From Tubiluchus corallicola (Eukaryota > Animalia > Priapulida), in the NCBI GenBank assembly GCA_030141605.1, contig JAQGDQ010000909.1, forward strand, positions 17,353 through 81,352: a DNA stretch of 64,000 nucleotides. The letters are read 5' to 3'. Positions 55,930-64,000 of this stretch are shown here, in pieces. How positions within the stretch are numbered: position 1 is the stretch's first letter; each line of letters starts with the position of its first letter. The notes below the pieces were generated by a model that saw nothing but the letters and a program-made list of their open reading frames with translations, searched no databases and was not told where the DNA came from. The position numbers and the translations under genes are program-made.

Positions 55930-58782
55930 TCAACAATTAAAATTTTTCAATTTTAGATCTGCATGATTTACATTTGGCTCCCAACAATCGACAATAGACT
56001 GCTGCAGATTAATCTGCAGCATCCACTGAGCATCACAGTTACAAACGAGTCTGCTTTCCAAGAGTTGGAATTTTACGTTCTCGGGTTTAGTGTCATTATG
56101 TAGGACAGGCATAGACATGTGCTGTATTTTTGAAATTCCAAATGTGATTTGACTAATTTTGTAATTATTTGAGAGATCCAGATTAGCTGTTGTCAACTGA
56201 GTGCAAGAGAGAAACGAAATTGTCTTCAAAAGATCCACACGAAAAAATGCTTTTGGATGAATTGACACAAGGAAAGGATTGGCGCTCATCACAAAATGTT
56301 CGATTTTGCCATGTATGTCCTTTTCCTCCAGAGTCGTTACAAACGATTCTTGCAGTGTCAGTTTCGTGATATGTTTTCCTTTCAGGAACTCTCCAGGAAG
56401 CCGATTTCCCACATAGTTGAAGATAACTAATCCATACATGTACATTTTAATCTCTGTTGATATTTGTTGCATCGCCTGATGATCAATTACTCCAAGTTGT
56501 CCACAGTAAAGTTCACAAGGATCTTCAGAGAATATGGTGCAACTGCTCACACTGATACTGCACGTTTCGCTGGGAGGTCTTACGGTTGTTGTAGGTGGCT
56601 GATCGCATTCAATCATATCAATAGTCATCACTGTATGAGGTATTTTAGGTTCATAACAGTCAACTTCTCTGGAAGCCCAGCTAACCTGAAACATCCAGTA
56701 CATTTCACAGTCACAAACCAGCCTACTTCCAGTCAGAGTGAAATTCACGTTGTTGGTATTAACGTCTGGATGCAGAACTGGCATTGACATGTGTTTGATT
56801 GTTGATTCCTGAGCAAAGATGATGGAATTGATCAAGGGACTATTTCGAAGATCCAAGTTAGCTGTCTCCAATGCTTCACAGGCAATAAAGCTCACTGCTT
56901 TCAAACGCTTTAACCGATAGAAAGCATTGTAATGCACTTCCTTTAATTCTTTGCTGTAGTTTACAGTGAAGTATTCAAGGCTGGGTGGGAGATCATTCTC
57001 AAACAGACAGACAAATGCAGATTTTTCAAATATTAGTGCTGTAACATTTTTTTTATCAAGAAACTTGCTTGGCAACCTTTCTTCTTGGTAAAAATAAATT
57101 TTTAGTTCTGACGGACCGTTTGTCATGTTATTTGCAATATCTATCAATCTGCTGGAATTTATTTTGCTATCAGAGATTTTTGAAATGCGTGCACCACCAC
57201 AAATCTGTTTGCAGGGCAGTTGTGACAAGACTAAACAAGTTGTTCTCTCAAAACTGCATTTTCCGGGTGGACAAATGTCTATAGCATTCAATTTATCCGT
57301 ACTAACTGGCCCATTTTCTTTTAGTATTGCATTAGGGAGATGTTTGCATTGTACTTCAGATCTTTTCCAGACTTCACTTAACACCCACGCGATCCGGCAA
57401 TTACAAATTATAGGATTTCTCAAAATGTGAATGTTCATATTAACAGAAACTTTTCTGTCAAATGTTGGCCTGTCTAGTGTTGTGATACTAGTGCCCTCTA
57501 TAAGCAAGTGATTGAGCAGTTCACCACCCCGCAGTTGTAATTTCAATTGCTGAACCATTGGGCAGTCTTTGATTTCAAGTTCGAGCAAGTTTAACCCAGC
57601 AAATGCATATTCATCAATAACCTCCAACTTTGGAAAATTGTTGATTTTAATTCTGTAAACGCTTCTTGCCTTTAGAAAGTACTTTTTAAGTTTGGAAACG
57701 TTATCAAATTGTTTCATTGTAAGATTAACAATAGCAAAGCCATATAAAAAGTCTTCTGGTAGTTCCTCGTTTTTGCAGTTGCTCAAAATAAAACTATCTA
57801 TCTTGCGAACCAAATACCGTTGAAGCTTGTCAAACAGCTGCTGCATCATCGTGCCATTAATTTTCATGTCACTACAAACAACTTTCTTACGACGATCGTA
57901 ACTAGTACAACCTGGATGAATAGCCTCCCTCCCAGGAACGTTTGCACGGACCCAAGGAATACAGAAGTCTTCAGGTTTGTACTCAATTGTTCCGATCTTT
58001 TTTCTTGCCTTTCCTTCTGCATAAGGCATTTGATCACAGTATATTTCTTTTTTTTTCCAAGGTTCCAACACCATCCATTCCGTCCTACATTGACAAATTA
58101 GAGGATTTGCATCGAAGTAAAGGCTGATATTTTTTATGATGTCTTCAGAGTAAAGGAGTGGCATTTTCATTGTTGTAAGACTAGTGTTTGCTACGTGTAT
58201 GCGCTGAAGCCATTTCTGATTGCGAAAAAAGAATGGTGGAGTATGTTTAGTCGTGAAAAACAATGGACAATCTTCAATGAAAAGTTCACGCAAAGATAGT
58301 AAATTAGCAAATGAAAATTCGTATATGTACTGCAGCTGTGCGAAACCCGCAATTCTAAGTATTTTGACTGACGTTGCATTCAGAAAGTGTTTTCCAATTC
58401 TGGTGATATTTTTAAAATTACGCAGTTGAACTTTTACAATCTCCAAGCCTTCTAAAAAGCTCTTTGCCGGTAAATCACCATTTTCTAAATTTGACATAAT
58501 AAAATCATCCACCTTACGATTGCCAAATCCCAGGATATTCTTTTTTAACTTTTTCCACTTTTCGCAGTTAAGTATTTTCACATCGCAGATAACTCGAACA
58601 TTTTTGTCAATCCATTTCTTACATTTGTCGTCAAGTAGCGTTGTCCAAAAGGTTATGCTAATCCGCTTTATTCGTTTATTAGATCGAAGACTAAAGTTTG
58701 CATTTCTACTTCCAATGCTGAGCACATTAATCGCAGCAAGAAGTGAAAATGTGATAAAGATTTGTTGGTTCTTCATCGGCAT
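55930..58782 (-). CDS. Gene D: 950-aa 4-module cysteine-capped LRR protein with single-exon CDS, probably secreted
   Basis: Uninterrupted ATG-TGA ORF. Signal-peptide-like N-terminus (QIFITFSLLAAINVLSIGS) then RIKR. Four LRR blocks closed by NPLICQC, NPIICNC, SRLVCDC, SRLVCNC. No hydrophobic C-terminal segment. Confidence 0.92.
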   Translation of the reverse strand: MPMKNQQIFITFSLLAAINVLSIGSRNANFSLRSNKRIKRISITFWTTLLDDKCKKWIDKNVRVICDVKILNCEKWKKLKKNILGFGNRKVDDFIMSNLENGDLPAKSFLEGLEIVKVQLRNFKNITRIGKHFLNATSVKILRIAGFAQLQYIYEFSFANLLSLRELFIEDCPLFFTTKHTPPFFFRNQKWLQRIHVANTSLTTMKMPLLYSEDIIKNISLYFDANPLICQCRTEWMVLEPWKKKEIYCDQMPYAEGKARKKIGTIEYKPEDFCIPWVRANVPGREAIHPGCTSYDRRKKVVCSDMKINGTMMQQLFDKLQRYLVRKIDSFILSNCKNEELPEDFLYGFAIVNLTMKQFDNVSKLKKYFLKARSVYRIKINNFPKLEVIDEYAFAGLNLLELEIKDCPMVQQLKLQLRGGELLNHLLIEGTSITTLDRPTFDRKVSVNMNIHILRNPIICNCRIAWVLSEVWKRSEVQCKHLPNAILKENGPVSTDKLNAIDICPPGKCSFERTTCLVLSQLPCKQICGGARISKISDSKINSSRLIDIANNMTNGPSELKIYFYQEERLPSKFLDKKNVTALIFEKSAFVCLFENDLPPSLEYFTVNYSKELKEVHYNAFYRLKRLKAVSFIACEALETANLDLRNSPLINSIIFAQESTIKHMSMPVLHPDVNTNNVNFTLTGSRLVCDCEMYWMFQVSWASREVDCYEPKIPHTVMTIDMIECDQPPTTTVRPPSETCSISVSSCTIFSEDPCELYCGQLGVIDHQAMQQISTEIKMYMYGLVIFNYVGNRLPGEFLKGKHITKLTLQESFVTTLEEKDIHGKIEHFVMSANPFLVSIHPKAFFRVDLLKTISFLSCTQLTTANLDLSNNYKISQITFGISKIQHMSMPVLHNDTKPENVKFQLLESRLVCNCDAQWMLQINLQQSIVDCWEPNVNHADLKLKNFNC

Positions 58783-59685
58783 TAATTGAACTTTCTCACG
58801 TTAAACCTTCTGCAAACTAACAGTCAGTTTATGCTTAGTGACTGGCAACTGTTGCTATCGTAATCACGTCAAAATGAATGATGTCATAAACAACAGACTT
58901 TAGGTACGTATTCTACCAGAATGCGAGTCTAATTATGCAGGAACAGTTTGTGAGAATGAAGAAGAGAAAAGATATTATTTGATTGAAATCTGGATGCCAC
59001 ATTAACGACAACATCAATAACAGAGTTATAATTACATCAATAAAGGAGTTATAATCGGGTTTGCAAAAACGTTAACAAGAATTGCTTCAATAGTGATTAA
59101 AGTAAATAATTAATAATTAACTCGTTTTCATAAATTGTTTAGATTTATAATTCATTTATAGCTTGTAATGCTTAGTTTAGTTGTGACATATGCAAGCAAT
59201 CTTACAAATTTACTTTATATATTTTCTGCAAAGTTAATATTGGTGATGGTGTCATTAATTACCAATCGACAGCATATTATGCCTAAATAATTCATTTTTC
59301 TACGTAATCATTTTTGCTGTTTGTTATACATATTACACGATTAATCTTAATCAGAATTCATTTCTGACAGGCATCATCTCTGCCACAGTTACTGTTTTTC
59401 TCATTTTGTTAACTTTTGTAGATGTAGAAAATGATGATGGTATGCATTCCAGTCCGTGCTAAGAACCAAACATTTTATAAATTTACAAGTCCGAACGGAA
59501 ACAATGTTTTACACCACGTTCTGCAGTCATTTTTAGATTTAAAAAAGTTTAAAGACTTTAATAATTTTCACTAACCTCAAACCTATTTCTACTGGGTGCA
59601 AAATGCCATGCACTATGCTTGTTTAAGTTCAATTTTACAATAAGGCAGGGAAGGAGGTTACAAAATCCCACACAGTTTAAATACT

Positions 59686-59753
59686 CTAACCCTAACCCTA
59701 ACCACAAGCCGTCACTAACCCTAATCCCAACCATAACACTAACCCCAACCCTA
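59686..59753. repeat. Short degenerate interstitial (CCCTAA)n telomere-like repeat
   Basis: ctaaccctaaccctaacc...ctaaccctaatcccaaccataacactaaccccaacccta. Confidence 0.6.
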
Positions 59754-61549
59754 TTAGTTTGCCTCCCGAACTAATTTCTGTGGGGGGAACTTTAATTTTT
59801 ACTCTAAACCAAAAATAGATCAAAATAATAGTGATAGGATTAAGAGCAAATATTTTATATTTGCTAATTTTTCAAATATTTTATTATTTTGTAAAATAAA
59901 ATTTTTCATAAAATTATTACTGCAGAATTAATTGCTTAAAGTTAGCAATATAAAACACCGTCTGTATCCGATATAATGTTAGTTAACCCTGAACCGGTAT
60001 GCTAAAATAAGAACCACAAACATGTAAATTCATCCGTTCTGCCATAAGCACTGGCGCGCTTCTGAATCAGATTACATTACTCCAGCTTGTACAGTTATCT
60101 TGCAATATTACTACCTGACCATTGAGTAGCAAGTCAGCAAATGAAGCAAGTCAGCAGAAGTCAATACTAAGAAGAGAATTGATGTTAAATCTAAAAATAG
60201 ATTTTCTAATAATAGCTTATTAAAACGAATGCAAGCAGTGTCAGAGCACTGCAGTGGATAGTTGAGAAGTTAGTTATGACTTGTCCTGTAACTGCATGTA
60301 TTTGCTCTTGCTTTAGTAGTTCACTGCTTTGCGTTAATATTACGGATGTTTTTGCACTTCAATAAACTATATTCTCTGCGATATGATGTTTCTCCTCTTC
60401 AACAAATAACCACACAACAAAGCCTTGAACATTAATATTTAATGTATATTAAAATATCATTTAAAGCGATTTAAATTACGACATAGGTGTTGCAAAGTAA
60501 TAAACTCACTAGTAGACCTTGTAATAAAAACAGCCTGTTTCCATTGCATTATTAAAATAATCGTTATTTAAAATTAAATAGCAACTCTGGTTTTGAGTTA
60601 ATATACTCACTTCGTTAGAAAATCTGTAAAAAAGGGTAGGTCATTGGCCGCTTACACCAAGGATCTATTAGAATTAAGTGATTTAGAATCAAAATTCAAT
60701 TATTTTCTTCTTTCTTGCCTTTTTACGCAAAGCAACTTGTAGATGCACACAACTTCCGGCTAAATTCTTGCACACATCTTTGTTCAAACAAAAATAAAAC
60801 CTGCAATCCTGAGCCGATACGAGAACTTCAGCTCTGTCAAACTTTTGCAGTTTTACATGTACTGTAACTGCTAACCATGGGTAAAAAAATGACAAGCGAG
60901 CACTTCTAACAGTAAAAGCAGCATTATTATTAAAACCTTCAGCAAAATAACCCTAAAGAAAAAGAAGTCAGACCAGCTAGAAGATTAACAAGAATAACCC
61001 GATTATTTCAGCAACTGTAGCCTCCACAGGAGGTAACAGCTTGGTAGGGGGTGAGCATCAACCGTTGTAATTGAATTTGAGGTACAGTGCTACTGTGAGA
61101 TATTGAATGTGTTGTACTAAAACTTGGTAAGTTTTAATATAAAAATTCAAATTTCCAATTTACCGCTGTGCTCATCAGTTCAAAAAAATACAAGTAAAAA
61201 GATACAGTATTTGCAATTTTGTATTTATTTCGGCCGAGTCTGGAACGGGAATTACGTATTCGAACTTGTTGCCAAATTTAAGCACCAGTCCAGAATATTA
61301 AAGCAAAAAATGCCCAAGTTCCCGACAACGGTACTGAGTATTGTTGCAAAAATGAAGTCATGCACTTGCTTGATACTATAAATAGAAGGTAGTTTGCAAA
61401 AATAATAATTATTATGGAAAAAGTTAAATTGTATAATAGCATAATTCATATCAGAGGTATCATGAGCTGAGTAATAAATAACTTTGGTGATGTAATGCTA
61501 TGATGTCGGTTGTATAATTTACTACATCATCAATAATATTTAATTTACT

Positions 61550-61550
<1 letters not shown>

Positions 61551-61624
<74 letters not shown>
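61551..61624. repeat. (AAT)n microsatellite
   Basis: Read directly. Confidence 0.95.
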
Positions 61625-61625
<1 letters not shown>

Positions 61626-62299
61626 TTTTTGTAATAATAATTTTATTGAGTCAGCAAGTAATACAACATCATCTTCGCCGTCGTCACATCCTGAGATGTT
61701 CTGCAAACGTGCTGATGATTATTATCTTCTGCCCTACACAAGCTGTCTCTATGTGGTAGTATCATTATCACAGGTAGCAAGGTAATCTCGTTTATACAGA
61801 GGCAACCCATTAATAACAGATCTGAAACAACGGACGATGTTCGCAGAATCCTTAGCCTTGGTCAATGTTTGGCATAAATTTGCGTCTTTGGAATTTAGAA
61901 GTTCCGATTCTGATGATTTCCCGTACTGCTTTGATACTATTTAGGTAAACATTCTGATGTTGGGTAAGTCAGTGGACGGAGTTGTAATCTTGTGTTCCTG
62001 TGTTGTGTGTTTATAACAGTAGCAGCATATCAGCCATATATATGTTTATATATATATATATAAACAAGGAGAGGAACACAGGTGACTTAGTTCTTTGCTT
62101 TAAACTCCTAACGAAAAAAAATCATCTCCACTACCGATTACTCTGTTCATATCGTACTGTTTGATATGGCCAAAGCACTTGATGTGAATAGGAAGTTTGG
62201 CTTTCTAATCTGAACAACTTTTGCGAGTCACGTGGTGAGAAAACTTGCTAGTCTGAACACGTCTAAACATTCTTTTTTCGATTTTTCAGATTCATCTGC

Positions 62300-62670
62300 A
62301 TGGCCAAATTCCAGTTGTTACCATTATTATTGTTTGCTGTAGTTTCTGTGATATTAATTACACATACAGCTGTTGCTGATATGGCGTCATCTGCGTTTTC
62401 AAACTTACCGTCTCGGTTGGTTGAAATTATGGAAAATGGCCAGGTAAAATTATTATTATTTCTGTTTATCTGAATAGTGTTTCTGAGCTTTTTTATGGCC
62501 AAGATTAGTTTGCTAATTATTAATATAAATTATCTGACATTTTTCCACAGTCATTGTGTCCTGGGCTTTATTGTTATCTTCTTTGGACTCCTAAGCTGAT
62601 GAAATTATGTGGAAATTATTTTCAGAAAAGAACACAGCTGTACCAACAACATCTTCATAGTGTCCAGTGA
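62300..62670 (+). CDS. Candidate spliced gene for a small secreted protein (87 aa if exons 62300-62443 + 62551-62670)
   Basis: Acceptor tttttcag ends 62289; ATG 62300; MAKFQLLPLLLFAVVSVILITHTAVA is signal-peptide-like; donor CAG|GTAAAA; 107-bp intron with ctgac branch motif and ttttccacag acceptor; frame stays open to TGA 62668-62670. Confidence 0.4.
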
Positions 62671-63046
62671 ACACTTGATTACCAACTTGAATAACTGGCT
62701 GCGACGTGTCCAAACCCTGTAATAATAATGATTATTGATTAGTAAAACAAACAAAAACAAAAACAAGTGTTAAAAACTGACCAGTTGAGGCTGGTGTATA
62801 GGTACATGTATATTAAACACCAAACATAACACATCACTCTATGCGCAAATCAGTTGTGAATATTACGATTTCTTTTCCCAAGTTTGTTGCAAACCAAGCA
62901 GACATTGAAGCACGCCATCTGTTGAGCGCTGACTTAACTGCAGGCGAAGTGAACTACAATTCTCTTACAAGTGCCGGCCAGTGTTTGGCTGTTTTCCACT
63001 CCAGGACAAAATCTGTTCTACCAGAAGTCAAGTAAGTGAATGTTAA

Positions 63047-64000
63047 CACCACCTGGCAATGTACCTGACACATGCCTCACTACCTGGCAATGTACCTGAC
63101 ACATGCCTCACCACCTGGCAATGTACCTGACACATGCCTCACCACCTGGCAATGTACCTGACACATGCCTCACCACCTGGCAATGTACCTGACACATGCC
63201 TCACCACCTGGCAATGTACCTGACACATGCCTCACCACCTGGCAATGTACCTGACACATGCCTCACCACCTGGCAATGTACCTGACACATGCCGCACCAC
63301 CTGGCAATGTACCTGACACATGCCTCACCACCTGGCAATGTACCTGACACATGCCTCACCACTTGGCAATGTACCTGACACATGCCGCACCACCTGGCAA
63401 TGTACCTGACACATGCCTCACCACCTGGCAATGTACCTGACACATGCCTCACCACCTGGCAATGTACCTGACACATGTCTCACCACCTGGCAATGTACCT
63501 GACACATGCCTCGCCACCTGGCAATGTACCTGACACGTGCCTCACCACTTGGCAAGTACCTGACACGTGCCTCACCACCTGGCAATGTACCTGACACATG
63601 CCTCACCACCTGGCAATGTACCTGACACATGTCTCACCACCTGGCAATGTACCTGACACATGCCTCGCCACCTGGCAATGTACCTGACACGTGCCTCACC
63701 GCTAGGGAAATGCCTGACGCATGCCTCACCACCTGGCAGTAATGCCTGACATACCTCCGCCGGCAATGCTGACACATGTCTCACCACCTGGCAATGTACC
63801 TGACACATTCCTCCTGCAATTGTACCTGACATTCCTGCCACTGGCAATGTGCCTTGTGTTTGACTACATGCCTCACCGCCTGCAATGTGCCTGACATTCC
63901 TCACCACTTGGCAATGTACCTGACACATTCCTCACCATCTGGCAATGTACCTGACACATGCCTCACCACTTGGCAATGTACCTGACACATTCCTCACCAT
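63047..64000. repeat. 31-bp minisatellite, ~30 copies, runs off the window
   Basis: Unit CACCACCTGGCAATGTACCTGACACATGCCT, head-to-tail, more degenerate after ~63690. Confidence 0.96.

Noticed and set aside
56464-58789. Plus-strand ORFs overlapping gene D, and similar antisense ORFs over the other LRR exons
   Set aside because: Shadow ORFs of the real coding strand with no recognisable motifs.
59686-59753. Chromosome end or telomere-healing site
   Set aside because: Only a few degenerate units, embedded in ordinary sequence.
63047-64000. CRISPR array or repeat-protein ORFs (MCQVHCQVVRHVSGTLPGGEA...)
   Set aside because: Head-to-tail 31-bp minisatellite; the ORFs are the unit cycling through three frames.

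Overview
AT-rich, microsatellite-rich eukaryotic DNA with spliceosomal GT-AG introns, most likely from an invertebrate animal (taxon not determinable from the sequence). Two structures dominate. (1) A giant inverted duplication: 1-~22446 is the near-identical reverse complement of ~24248-46646. The left arm runs off the window and the ~1.8 kb loop is almost entirely simple repeats. (2) A cluster of eight copies of a family of ~950-1010 aa extracellular proteins built from four tandem cysteine-capped leucine-rich-repeat (LRR) modules. I label them A, B, C and D for convenience. A and B are intact 5-exon genes present once per arm, with a signal peptide and a GPI-signal-like tail. C is a mosaic 5-exon copy with a nonsense codon and a frameshift. 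D has an intact single-exon CDS and looks secreted. Two frameshifted, microsatellite-truncated copies of D lie in the arms. All introns are phase 1 at the same module boundary, the paralogues show patchwork similarity suggestive of gene conversion, and several breakpoints coincide with GA/GAT microsatellites. This looks like a diversifying LRR recognition locus (inference). The main caveat is that the palindrome could be two haplotypes misjoined by the assembler. Also present: a hAT-type MITE, a solo LTR carrying heat-shock elements and a TATA box, retroelement fragments, a fold-back element, 41-bp and 31-bp minisatellites, and a candidate small spliced secreted-peptide gene near 62.3 kb. Identity estimates are by eye, not computed.
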